From the NCBI GenBank assembly GCA_046758705.1, contig JBHIAT010000015.1, positions 1 to 34,518 of the forward strand: DNA of 34,518 nucleotides. Direction: 5' to 3'. The translations under genes were made by a program, and so were the position numbers. Of this stretch, positions 1 to 9,495 are shown one piece after another. Position 1 is the stretch's first letter. Each line of letters opens with the position of its first letter. Under the pieces are notes generated by a model. That model ran no database searches. It was given only the letters and a program-made list of their open reading frames with translations, and was not told the DNA's origin. This DNA is from Candidatus Bipolaricaulia bacterium (GTDB lineage Bacteria; Bipolaricaulota; Bipolaricaulia; JBHIAT01).

Positions 1-48
1 AGAACCATGTTTTTTTGGCAACTGTCACTCAGAAACTCGCACATGGGG

Positions 49-1230
49 TTAGCTACCGCTCATTAGATGTGTTCGGTCTGGCTTGACATGGAAGTCTCCG
101 TGAACAACAAAGCCTACGCCTGTACTCTCTGCGGTAGGGAAGTAGACGTGGAAGCAGGATTCATCATCGTGGACTGGTTGACCATCCTCCAGCCGGGCCG
201 ATAGCACAACTTTTGCTCCGTTTTCCTTCATCGCCTCGACGGCCTTCGGCGTATCTGGTTGATTAAGGATTGTAAGAGGGATACGAAATGTGAATTGCAT
301 TTGGAAGAATGACTCACTGTGACTCTGTCCATCGACCTCTGTATGAACGGTTATTTCGCGTTCCTTTTGCTCCTCGGATCCTCTCGATATACGGGCCAAA
401 CCAATACGACGATCATTCTCATATACTACAACCTCTTCTAATGAAGCTAAGAAGGGCAGCAAAACGCTGACCTCACCCTCTAGGAATTCGAGCAAAGCCT
501 TTCGCCCGCGTGGGTCAGTTGTAATCGGTATTGGGCTGAGCTCCTTAAGGACCTTACGGTTGATGTCAAGGTCTTCCGCAGGAAACCAGAACATGGTGGT
601 AAACTGGTCGCCATACCCTCCACGAACCAACCTGTCAAAGATGGTCAAACTCGCTCCTAAGTTGGGCTTCTTTGCCAAGCCGGGAATGGCCATCACTGGG
701 CAAGCTAGCTGACCGTGCTTTGTCCATCCCTCATAGTGCGAACGCAATGGTGGATTTCGTCGGAGAGTCTCCTGAATATGACCGTTGTTCAAGGCCCAGG
801 TAAACTTAACAGCAAAAAATTCCTTTGCATCAACCTTGACAAGATAAGGTGCAGGTGTAATGTCAAGGACGGAACGAAACCCCAGCCCCTTATGCCCGAT
901 GCATTGGTTAGGGTTCTTATCACTCCAGCCGTCAGCCAGACTCCGAAAGTTATCCAGTGTAAACCAACGTCCGTCATGTGCAAGCACCAGACCACCACGT
1001 GACAAGATGAATGCAACTTTCTTTGCGCCAGCGTCATCGGCGTTTTGCAGTAACTCATAGGGAGCTCGACCCCTATAGAGTTCACGCAGATTTCGCTCAT
1101 TCCCTGCCTTGTCTCGAAGATATTTCAGATCTATTAGATTATAGGAAGGTCTAAATTCATCTCTGATCTTTTGAAAGCGCGTGCGGTCCAGTGGTTGCAA
1201 TTTGTCTTTAAGGATTTGTGAGATTTCCAT
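49..1230 (-). pseudogene. Sacsin/NOV-like GHKL ATPase N-terminal domain protein, apparently 3'-truncated
   Basis: Motifs ELLQNADDA, HDGRWF, IGHKGLGFRSV, FHVYFPT and VHGDF..KPDR; stops just after the ATPase module although this family is normally much longer. Start ATG 1230 or TTG 1236 behind GGGAG. Confidence 0.7.
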
Positions 1231-1280
1231 ACTCAATCAACTCCCGATTTACTTCATGGTTTTACACGGGGCGAGCAATT

Positions 1281-1450
1281 TCATATAACGGGGCCGCGAG
1301 GTTTGCGAGGTCGCGCAGCGATTTTCAAGGAGCTGAAAGCGACGCCGCAAACCCTGCCGATAGGCGAAGTTCGCGAGCGGAGCGAGCGAATTTAGCTTAT
1401 CGCCCAAATATACGAACTTTTGTTCGCATAATCCTTTTACTGGCAACCAT
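1281..1450. other. Multi-hairpin element, possible attC-like or dif-like recombination site
   Basis: Stems GGTTTGCG/CGCAAACC (1300-1353), CGATAGGC..GCTTATCG and CGAAC-TTTT-GTTCG; GTTATAT on minus strand at 1289-1283; GTTCGCATAA at 1422-1431. Confidence 0.35.
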
Positions 1451-1494
1451 CTGCGAAGCCCAACCCGGTTCACAGCATGATCGTTTTGCCCCCT

Positions 1495-1554
1495 GTAGAG
1501 GCAGGCCCCCATACCTGCCCTGCAAAAGGGCAACCACAGGGGGGTTGCCCCTAC
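1495..1554. repeat. GTAG-family REP doublet (inverted pair)
   Basis: GTAGAGGCAGG..CCTGCCC, short spacer, GGGCAACC..GGTTGCCCCTAC: GTAG/CTAC feet with GC-rich palindromes. Confidence 0.75.
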
Positions 1555-1594
1555 AAAGATGTCATTGCCAGATGAGGTTGGTCCTGTTCAATTC

Positions 1595-1620
1595 GGGGCA
1601 GGTTTCAAACCTGCCCCTAC
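1595..1620 (-). repeat. Single GTAG-family REP
   Basis: GGGGCAGGTTT-C-AAACCTGCCCC palindrome followed by TAC (CTAC foot). Confidence 0.75.
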
Positions 1621-1635
1621 ACCAAGTCAACACAG

Positions 1636-2043
1636 CTATTTCACCACGGCGTCCGGTCCGCCATCGGACTGGCCAGGGATCTCAATCACCACTCGGTTGG
1701 GCAGACAGATGAGCATCTCGCCAGCGCGGTGAATCGGCCCCTGGCGCACACAGAGCTTCCGCCGGCCGGGGGAGTCGGCAACCCGGACCTTCCCGTCCTC
1801 AACAACGATCCGAGTCTCCCCGAGCCGACCCCGGATCGACAGGCGCTGCGCCTGATCGAGGGACAGCTCGGCCACCACCCGATCCTCAAACTTGACGATC
1901 GCAACCTGGCCTGTCCCACCGAGCAGGGTCGCGTTCAAGATCGGGACCAGGGTCCCGCTGACGGCCAACACAGTGACGATCAGCACCCGATCGGCCCAGG
2001 TGAGATGCTTTAAGATGCCCATCGTTTTGACGCTCCCCCTCAA
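1636..2043 (-). CDS. NusG domain II (DUF1312)-containing protein
   Basis: N-terminal TM segment after 'ADRVLI'; KLCVRQG.I...G..LICLPNRVVIEI; C-terminal DAVV. Start may be ATG 2022. Confidence 0.85.
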   Translation of the reverse strand: MRGSVKTMGILKHLTWADRVLIVTVLAVSGTLVPILNATLLGGTGQVAIVKFEDRVVAELSLDQAQRLSIRGRLGETRIVVEDGKVRVADSPGRRKLCVRQGPIHRAGEMLICLPNRVVIEIPGQSDGGPDAVVK

Positions 2044-3116
2044 AAATTGAGCTCGACATCCTGCAACCCCGATGATCGCAGGATCTCCCCCGTCGATGTC
2101 ACAATCACACCCTCCACCTCGTCCAGCCGTTCAATCAGGATCATGCCCGATTCGGGGCCGAGGACGAACACCCCGGTGCTCAGCGCATCGGCCGCCATCG
2201 CCGTCGGTGCGGCCACCGTGACGCTGATGGCCCTGCGGGCCGGCCATCCGGTATCGGGGTCGAGGATGTGATGATAGCGGGTACCGTCAACGATCCGATA
2301 CTGTTGATAATCGCCGGAGGTGGCCACGGCCCGGTCCCCCTCCAGTTCGATCGTTCCCAGAAGTTTTCGCTCGACTCGTGGGTGTTGGATCCCGATCTGA
2401 AACGGCCGCTCTCGCTCGAAGAACAGCAGGGATCGCACCGGCTTCCGATTGTAGACCCGGATGTCCCCGCCGGCATCGATCAAGGCCGCCTCGACCCCCG
2501 CACCCTTTAACACCTCCATCGCCCGGTCTGCGGCATACCCTTTAGCGATCCCGCCCAGGTCGATCCTCGCCGTCTCGGAGGTGAGCGTGACGGTCCGGCG
2601 CACCCGGTCGAGGAGGATCGAGTCATCCTCAGCGATCAGCCGCCTCAGTTCGTCTTCCGAGGGGATGTAGCCCTCCACCTCTTCCGTTTCTTCCCCATCA
2701 TAGCCGAACCTCCACGTTTCCACCAACCTGCCGACCGAGACGTCGAACTTGCCGTCGGTGAGTCGATGGAATCGTTCGGCCTCGCTCAGGATGGTAAACA
2801 ACTCTTCGGAGATCAGGATCGGGTCCCCCACAACACTCTGGTTTACCCGTTCCAGCTCTCCTCCACCCCGCACCCCCATCTCCCGGTCGATCCGGGAGAT
2901 CTCCGCAAAGGCCTGATCGATGGCGTGATTCAGCGCAGCGCGGTCGTGCCCGCTCACCTTGATCTCGACGAACGTCCCAAGCAGAATCTGTGAACGGGAG
3001 ACCGTCTCGGCCCGCTCAGTTCGCAGCACAATCAGGGTGCCGGCGATGATTAGCAGAAGCAGCAGGGTGAACGCCGGGTACTTGGCGAGTGAGATGGGCG
3101 TTTTTATTCGACCCAC
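2040..3116 (-). CDS. apbE: FAD:protein FMN transferase
   Basis: LGTFVEI, FDVSVG, IDLGGIAKGYAAD, AGGDI, ATSGDY, YHHILDP.TG, ADALST. Confidence 0.95.
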   Translation of the reverse strand: MGRIKTPISLAKYPAFTLLLLLIIAGTLIVLRTERAETVSRSQILLGTFVEIKVSGHDRAALNHAIDQAFAEISRIDREMGVRGGGELERVNQSVVGDPILISEELFTILSEAERFHRLTDGKFDVSVGRLVETWRFGYDGEETEEVEGYIPSEDELRRLIAEDDSILLDRVRRTVTLTSETARIDLGGIAKGYAADRAMEVLKGAGVEAALIDAGGDIRVYNRKPVRSLLFFERERPFQIGIQHPRVERKLLGTIELEGDRAVATSGDYQQYRIVDGTRYHHILDPDTGWPARRAISVTVAAPTAMAADALSTGVFVLGPESGMILIERLDEVEGVIVTSTGEILRSSGLQDVELNF

Positions 3117-5938
3117 TCCTTCGGGATTGTGTTATAGTTGAGATCGTCGACCATGATCTCCTGGATCTCGTTGTCGCCGAGCGCCTCTTCGATATGCCGG
3201 ACGCCGTCATAACGTAGCATCAGGCCCTGGGGTTTCACGGCCGCGGTGGACGGTTGGCCAGTATGACGATGGCTGCGCGTCGAATCGGAACCCTTGAGCT
3301 TCTTCAGGGTCACCGTCTTCAGGTTGATCGGACGTCCCCACATCGCATAGATGTTCTCCAAAACGCGCTTCGCATCGTCCAGATGGAGCTCGACCCCGTT
3401 GAACTCGTGCACCAGGAGCAGCTCCCTTTTGTTCCCGTAGTTTCCGGTCCTGACCTTGACGATCGGTCGACCGAGGTTGGTGTGTTGGAACAGCAGCTTC
3501 TTTTTGATATCCTCGAAACGGCGAGAGGTGATATGATAGGCACCGGTCTCGGGGATGTACTCGTAGGTGAACAGATTCATGCTCATAAACAGGTCCTCGG
3601 TGAAGAACTCATCGATGAACATGACATCGTTGTAGTTTCTGCGCACCTCGAAGATCTTCTCCAATCCTCGGTTCTCACCGGTGTCCCAGTGTTTCTGTCG
3701 CTCCTGATCGGTGCATTCCTCCCACTCCGGGCCGTGTTGTCCCTTATCCCAGCGTTCCTTGATCCTCTCCCAGATCCGCTTGCCGAGCGCATAGGGGTTC
3801 AGCGCGTCGCCCCCGAGCACCTTGCTCTGCATGTCGGCGTGGTCGATGATCTCGTCAGGGCCGGCAAACCGGCTCATGATGCGCGATTGCCAGAAGCTGT
3901 TATGGTTGATAAACCCGGCTGCCGCATAGCGATGGGAGCCGGCCACGGATATGTCGTATACTCCAGCTTGTCCGCTTTCGATAGAGACGATCTCATCCTC
4001 GAAACTTTCGCTTTTGAAGAAATGATGATGGTGCAAATACTCTTCCAATTTTTTCCGCTTGCGGAGCAATCCGAAGCCGATCTCTCTTTGAAAGACCTTA
4101 GCAGAACGGCCCGCAATGTGCACGTGCCAACAGCTGTCCTTTTGTCGACGCCGGCGCGATAAGATCCCGAAGTTGAGCAGGACGACCTGGACCAGGCGGG
4201 CTAATGGCTCGCTGGCGGTGGACAGAATGACTCCCTGCACACCCGCATAAGCATCGCAATCGAAGTACGCCCGTAGGAACGAGGCGACGACGGACTTCGG
4301 TGAGCGGAGAACGGCCTGAGGGATCTCCTTTTGTCGGGCAGAGCGACCGCTTTTCAATCCCAATTCCTCCAGGAAATCCATCAAGTGGAGGGAGTGAAAG
4401 AGGACCCGCCAGCGGCCGTCATCCCAAAGCATCCGAGCCCGCAGACTGAAGAGGCGCTCTCCCAGCTCCCGGAAGCGCTCGGCTTGTTCTTCATCTCCTG
4501 TGGTGAGCCCCACGACTCGCTTCACCCGGCTGAGATGGCCGTCTCCCGTGAGATATCCCAAGAACGCTGCCAACTCTTCGTGGAGCACCTCTGGGACCTG
4601 AATCGATCGACGGCTTCGGGGTGACGTAGCTGTCCAACTTGCTTCGTAGAGGGCCACGGCCGCTGAGACGTGTTCGCGGTTCTTACGGATCGTTATCCCC
4701 TTACGATATCTCAAGATCGTGTCCAGTGAGACCCCCGCCTGCTTGGCAGCGTCCTCCAGGGTGAAGCGACGTACAGGTTCCCATTGAATCGTGATATACT
4801 CGCGGGCCCAACATCCAAGCCCAGTCCCGAGCTGCACCTGATCGCCGACGCACAGCTCGTCGAGTCGACGCCATTTCCCATCGGCCAAGCGCACTTGGTG
4901 GGTTGTGGAACCCGCCAGTTCAAAGCCTCGACGCGTGCGCACCTTCACGATCTCCCGCTGAGGGAACTTGACGAACTCATAGACGCGGCGGAACCGCTCA
5001 CCGTCACTTACCTGAACAGGAAGCCTATGCTCTACAACCTCCTCTATGGACAAGATACCACGATCGGTGAAGACGGGCGTCCCCGCGACCACGCAGGCCC
5101 ATCCTTCGTTCATAAGCTTCGTCATGATCTGGGGGACAAAGTAGTAGCTCTCCTCGTGGATCATCGCCAGCAGGTTCGCCTGCCAATCCTCCAGCCGACC
5201 GTGCTCGATGAGGAAGCCGATGACGTCCTTTTGAGGCTCCTCGGGGTCGATCTGATCCCGGTGTCTCGCCTTCTCCCGCTGCTGTTTCCACAGTTCTCGC
5301 CGCTTCTCGATCCAGTCGGACGGATTGATGAACTGATCCATGTAGCTGCGCCGTACCGGGAGCCTGGGGATCTCCACACCTTCCTCGTCCTCCTCGGGCG
5401 TCCACCTCAGCCTCCGCTGCCACTTGCGTCGGATGAACGGAGCATACTGATCGATGTCGTACTGAAGACTCAGCACCCGATCCAGGAAGGACTCCACCTG
5501 CTCCACACCGCGCCTATTCATATAGCTTTCGATCTGATCGGCATGGTTCCGCATCACCGTGATCATGTCCCGGCGGGTCCGGCTGTACCATTGGTTGTTT
5601 TTAAAGAAGTCGCTATGGGCGTAGACGTGGACCATGATCGCTTTGTTCTCCAGTTCGGTGTTCGATTCCCGGAGGTAGGCCAGGGCCGGAGCGGTGTTCA
5701 GCACCATCTCATAGATCCACCAACCGCTGTACTCGGAGCGCTTCCGTTGGAGATCGTACTTCATCCCGAACCGCCAGTGGGGGTAACGCTCGGGGAACCC
5801 GTCGTAGGCAGCCAGTTCGTTCATCTGCTGGAAGGCGACGATCGCGTACTCCACCGACAATGGGTCTAGGCCTTCGGCCTCAACCAATTGGTGGACTTCC
5901 CGGCAGAGCCGTTCCAGGCGATCGGTGTTAATGCTCAT
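3104..5938 (-). CDS. spoVR: SpoVR/YcgB family protein, intein-containing (about 545 aa after splicing)
   Basis: RYPHWRFG, IYEMVLN, HVYAHSDFFKNN, TKLMNEGWA|intein|SFW, NPYALG. Confidence 0.93.
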   Translation of the reverse strand: MSINTDRLERLCREVHQLVEAEGLDPLSVEYAIVAFQQMNELAAYDGFPERYPHWRFGMKYDLQRKRSEYSGWWIYEMVLNTAPALAYLRESNTELENKAIMVHVYAHSDFFKNNQWYSRTRRDMITVMRNHADQIESYMNRRGVEQVESFLDRVLSLQYDIDQYAPFIRRKWQRRLRWTPEEDEEGVEIPRLPVRRSYMDQFINPSDWIEKRRELWKQQREKARHRDQIDPEEPQKDVIGFLIEHGRLEDWQANLLAMIHEESYYFVPQIMTKLMNEGWACVVAGTPVFTDRGILSIEEVVEHRLPVQVSDGERFRRVYEFVKFPQREIVKVRTRRGFELAGSTTHQVRLADGKWRRLDELCVGDQVQLGTGLGCWAREYITIQWEPVRRFTLEDAAKQAGVSLDTILRYRKGITIRKNREHVSAAVALYEASWTATSPRSRRSIQVPEVLHEELAAFLGYLTGDGHLSRVKRVVGLTTGDEEQAERFRELGERLFSLRARMLWDDGRWRVLFHSLHLMDFLEELGLKSGRSARQKEIPQAVLRSPKSVVASFLRAYFDCDAYAGVQGVILSTASEPLARLVQVVLLNFGILSRRRRQKDSCWHVHIAGRSAKVFQREIGFGLLRKRKKLEEYLHHHHFFKSESFEDEIVSIESGQAGVYDISVAGSHRYAAAGFINHNSFWQSRIMSRFAGPDEIIDHADMQSKVLGGDALNPYALGKRIWERIKERWDKGQHGPEWEECTDQERQKHWDTGENRGLEKIFEVRRNYNDVMFIDEFFTEDLFMSMNLFTYEYIPETGAYHITSRRFEDIKKKLLFQHTNLGRPIVKVRTGNYGNKRELLLVHEFNGVELHLDDAKRVLENIYAMWGRPINLKTVTLKKLKGSDSTRSHRHTGQPSTAAVKPQGLMLRYDGVRHIEEALGDNEIQEIMVDDLNYNTIPKEWVE
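3899..5095 (-). mobile_element. Intein (399 aa) with LAGLIDADG homing endonuclease in spoVR
   Basis: Starts CVVAGT, block B GSTTHQV, endonuclease blocks FLGYLTGDG and FLRAYFDCD, ends VYDISV..INHN followed by Ser+1. Confidence 0.93.
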
Positions 5939-5944
5939 CTTCTC

Positions 5945-7081
5945 TCACTTTCCTTTCCCCAGGAACTCCTTGATCGAGTCCAGGATATCCTCGCGGCTGG
6001 CGATGATCGAGACGAGCAGGTTCTCCTCCTCCCCGAGGTGCTCCCTGAGTTTGGTGACATGGATCCCGGGTGATCGTGTTCCCAGAGTCACCTGGCCATA
6101 ACAGAAGATGTTGGACTTCGGAATCAGTTCGTCACGGAGTAGGGGCACGCAGACGCTTTCTGTGTCCCCGACCCAGTTCTCACCGTCGGAGAAGTGAAAC
6201 AGGTAGATGTTCCAGGCTTCGAGGGGATAGCGGGTAGCGATGATCTTGTTGGCCAGCTTATAGGCGCTCGAAATCCGGGTGCCCCCACCGGTGCTGAGCT
6301 TATAAAACCGCTCCTCATTTGTCTCCTGAGCCTCGTAGTCATGCAGGATGTAGACACGCTCGATACTGTCGTAGTTTGTTCTGAGCCACAGGTCGATCCA
6401 GTAGTTCTCCTGACGGATGATCTCCGTCTTCTCACCGGCCATCGAGCCGCTGGCGTCCCGCATGAACAGGATGACCGCCTTGGTCTCCGGCCTCTCTTCG
6501 GGCTCATTGTACAGGTAACGCTTGTCCTCTTTGATCGGGGTCACCTCGATGGGCGGCCGCAGAGAAAATGGGTGCCCCGGCTCCACCTCCGGATCACGCA
6601 TCATCAGTTGGCGGAGCAGCCCCTTTTTGTAGGAGCGCTTCTTCATCAGCAGAGTCTCCGGGCCGGTGATCGAGATATCCCGATAGTCGTCGGACTCCTG
6701 CGTGATCTGGGCGTTGTCCTTCGGCTCGATCCGGGGAAGTTCCAATTCCTCACCGAGCAGCCGGGCGATCTCTTCGACCTCGATCTCGACCTCAGGGTAG
6801 TGAACACCGGGTCCGATCCCCGGTCTGCCTACACCCTCAGCTGCGTCGTCGAGCTTGATCGGCTGACCGAGCTCCCCATCTCCTGAGCCGATTCCCCCGG
6901 CCGACCTGAGATCGTAATGAAACTCAGGCAGCTGGATCCCTTTGATCGGGACCTTAACGATATCCTTGCCCTTCTGCCCAACGATCGAGCCTTGCTTGAT
7001 CAGCTTGCGAAGTTCCTTGCGCAGCTCCCCGCGAACGATCCGCTTGTAACGTTCTAAGTCTTTACGGATTCGCTGTCGCAC
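5945..7081 (-). CDS. yeaH: YeaH/YhbH (DUF444, vWA-like) family protein
   Basis: Gly-rich linker, ELELPRIEPK, MRDASGSM, GGTRISSAY, WNIYLFHFSDGEN; lies between prkA and spoVR. Confidence 0.92.
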   Translation of the reverse strand: MRQRIRKDLERYKRIVRGELRKELRKLIKQGSIVGQKGKDIVKVPIKGIQLPEFHYDLRSAGGIGSGDGELGQPIKLDDAAEGVGRPGIGPGVHYPEVEIEVEEIARLLGEELELPRIEPKDNAQITQESDDYRDISITGPETLLMKKRSYKKGLLRQLMMRDPEVEPGHPFSLRPPIEVTPIKEDKRYLYNEPEERPETKAVILFMRDASGSMAGEKTEIIRQENYWIDLWLRTNYDSIERVYILHDYEAQETNEERFYKLSTGGGTRISSAYKLANKIIATRYPLEAWNIYLFHFSDGENWVGDTESVCVPLLRDELIPKSNIFCYGQVTLGTRSPGIHVTKLREHLGEEENLLVSIIASREDILDSIKEFLGKGK

Positions 7082-7165
7082 AGTGCTCCTCCTGAGTTTG
7101 AAGTCTTAAGGAGCAGGGAGGACGTTGATGTTCACGGATACAGATACAGATACGATGCAGGGTCG

Positions 7166-9223
7166 TTAGTGCTGGCTCTCCTCCCGATCGAGCTCCTCCC
7201 GGGCGACCTCGGCGCCCGCGTGGTCGATGACGTTCTCCGCGCAGATATCGCAGTAACCGAACCCTTGCTTCAATCGTTCAATCCATTCGGACTTGCGCTT
7301 CTTGTGCTCGGGATCCATCGACTTATCGGAGATCATCGCCGAGAAGTTGATGTTGCGCTTCTTATCTTCCCAAAGCTTGTGCTCCAGGGCACGGTGGAGC
7401 CGCTCGTTTTCCTGAGGGTCGAACGACTCACCCCGGCGGGCCCGTTCGCTGATCCAGTTTGAGATCTCCTGGCGGAAATCGTCCTTTCGGGGCTCTGGGA
7501 TGTCGATCTGCCGCTCCACGCTGCGAATGAAGTTCTCATCCGGCTCGCGCTCCTCGCCGGTATACTTATCGAGCACCTTCTCATCGTGGAGGTAGGCCAT
7601 CACGTGATCTAAATACTTCTGACCGATCTGTTGGAGTTCCTCGGGATCGTGGCTGATGACCTTGCGAACCTCTTCCTGGCTGATCCGGCTCAACTCATCC
7701 CGGACGATCTCCAGGTACTCCTTGTACGTATCGATCCGGCTCTCATCGATGGCCGAGTGATGCTTGAGATTCTCCTCGAGCACCGTCAGCACCCGGTAGG
7801 GGTTGACACAGCCCTCCTGGTCGTTGACCAGAGCATTCGAGATCATATCGTGGACGTAGCGGGGGGAGACGCCGAACATCCCCTCGTTCTTCACCTCGAC
7901 CCTGAGCTTCTTGATGTCGATCTCCTTGTTGGGGATGCTCTCGCCGTTGTAGACTTTGGCCTTCTGTAACAGGGTGATATCCCCGGAGGGTTCCTCAAGT
8001 CGGGTGAGGACCACCCACAGGGCCGCCATCTCTATCGTATGGGGGGCGATGTGCTTGCCACCGATGTAGTCGTCACCGAAGAACTTCCTGTAGATGCGCT
8101 CCTCATCCGCGACCCCCAGCACATATGGGATGTCGACCTTGCGCGTCCGGTCATTGAACGCCTCCATCTTATCGTTGTTCTTCACCCGCTGGTACTCCGG
8201 GCTGTTCGTCCGACCGATGATTACCGCATCCAGGTCGATCCTCGGGTTCTTCTTCGGCTTGATCACGTGCTCTTGGGTCGCGTGGAGAAAGTCGTAGAGG
8301 AACTCCTCCTGGAGCTTCAGCAGCTCCTCTCCGTCGAAGACCCCGCGGTTGGCGACGCACAGCTCGCCGTCGTAGTTGAACGCTCGGGGGTCCGATTCAG
8401 AGCCGTAGACCTGAACCAGCCGCCAGTTCATCCCGCCGGTGAGCTCCTCCTCGTCCTGGTTCTTCCTGTCCTTCGGCTCGAAGGTGGCGATCCCGATCCG
8501 GTCCTTCTCCGAGAGGATGAGCCGCTTCACCTGGATGTCCTGGAGGACCTGCTCCAGGTCGTCGTCATACATCTCCATCTTCAGGCTATAGTAGAGGCGA
8601 CACTTGGGACAGAGGTCGCCCTCGACCCGCAGGTCGTAGTCGGCATCGACCCGTTCATTGAGTTGGGCGATGATCTCCTCGCGTTTTCCTGGTGGGATCA
8701 GCTTGAGCGGATCTTCGTGCATCGGGCATTCCGCGATGGCCGTCGGCTCCCCTTCCAGGTTGCTGACGTCCCACTCGAACGTATAGAGCCGGCCCTCGTC
8801 ACGCTGGCTGTATTCCTCCAGGCCACGGCGCAGCAGCCGTCCGATCGTCGACTTGCTCGTCGCCACCGGCCCATGGAGTAGGATCACCCGCCGATCCGGA
8901 CCCAGGTTCTTAGCGGCGGCATGCAGGATATCAACCAGGTTGTCCAGCTCCCGGTCGAGCCCGTAGATCGCGTCCTCCCCGCCTCCGAACGGATCGTCAA
9001 AAACGTTGTACCGGGTTACCTCTTCCCCGTCGACCTTCACCCGGGTCGTCCCGTGGCTCATGATCATATCATAGACACGCTGGTAGGCGTTCCGGACCAA
9101 TCTAGGGTCCTCTATGATCATACCGAGGTAGTCGACAAAGCTTACCCGCAGGTACTTATCGGGGACCTGCTCCTGTTTGAACTCCGCCGAAATCCGACCG
9201 ATCCATTCTCTTCCCGGACTCAT
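7166..9223 (-). CDS. prkA: PrkA/YeaG family serine protein kinase (AAA+)
   Basis: LLHGPVATSKST, CPMHEDPL, DPRAFNYDGELCVANRG, IAPHTIEMAA, EGMFGVSPR; GAGGGG RBS. Confidence 0.95.
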   Translation of the reverse strand: MSPGREWIGRISAEFKQEQVPDKYLRVSFVDYLGMIIEDPRLVRNAYQRVYDMIMSHGTTRVKVDGEEVTRYNVFDDPFGGGEDAIYGLDRELDNLVDILHAAAKNLGPDRRVILLHGPVATSKSTIGRLLRRGLEEYSQRDEGRLYTFEWDVSNLEGEPTAIAECPMHEDPLKLIPPGKREEIIAQLNERVDADYDLRVEGDLCPKCRLYYSLKMEMYDDDLEQVLQDIQVKRLILSEKDRIGIATFEPKDRKNQDEEELTGGMNWRLVQVYGSESDPRAFNYDGELCVANRGVFDGEELLKLQEEFLYDFLHATQEHVIKPKKNPRIDLDAVIIGRTNSPEYQRVKNNDKMEAFNDRTRKVDIPYVLGVADEERIYRKFFGDDYIGGKHIAPHTIEMAALWVVLTRLEEPSGDITLLQKAKVYNGESIPNKEIDIKKLRVEVKNEGMFGVSPRYVHDMISNALVNDQEGCVNPYRVLTVLEENLKHHSAIDESRIDTYKEYLEIVRDELSRISQEEVRKVISHDPEELQQIGQKYLDHVMAYLHDEKVLDKYTGEEREPDENFIRSVERQIDIPEPRKDDFRQEISNWISERARRGESFDPQENERLHRALEHKLWEDKKRNINFSAMISDKSMDPEHKKRKSEWIERLKQGFGYCDICAENVIDHAGAEVAREELDREESQH

Positions 9224-9266
9224 CGAGGGTCACCCCCCTCTTCCGGATATTTCATTCTGCAATCTT

Positions 9267-9296
9267 ATTATACCCAGTATTGCATATGCTAAACAA
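9267..9296 (-). promoter_or_regulatory. Putative sigma70 promoter for the prkA operon
   Basis: Minus-strand TTGTTT-N18-TATAAT about 45 nt upstream of the start. Confidence 0.45.
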
Positions 9297-9437
9297 CCAT
9301 GTAATACGGTATCCATTGTGTTTGAGCTTAAGATTAGCACCCACCAGGATAAAAGTCAAGCACAGCATCCATGCGTTGCGTGTTTCACCAAGCTCAGGTC
9401 GGTTGGTTGCGCCGACTCTTCTTTGGAGACGGCCTCC

Positions 9438-9466
9438 TTGACGAAGAACCGCGGATCGATTATCAT
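9438..9466 (+). promoter_or_regulatory. sigma70 promoter for rpsT-secF-recJ
   Basis: TTGACG-N17-TATCAT. Confidence 0.7.
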
Positions 9467-9495
9467 ACTCTTGTAATCATATGAGGTGATCTGCG

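Noticed and set aside
1218..1712. ORFs across the hairpin/REP region
   Set aside because: Translations of palindromic non-coding elements, without RBS or protein-like composition.
7137..7154. GATACA x3 microsatellite between prkA and yeaH
   Set aside because: Too short to support a function.
3254..8881. Long plus-strand ORFs (3254-4162, 4784-5869, 6194-6886, 8039-8881)
   Set aside because: Antisense shadows of well-supported GC-rich genes; no recognisable motifs.
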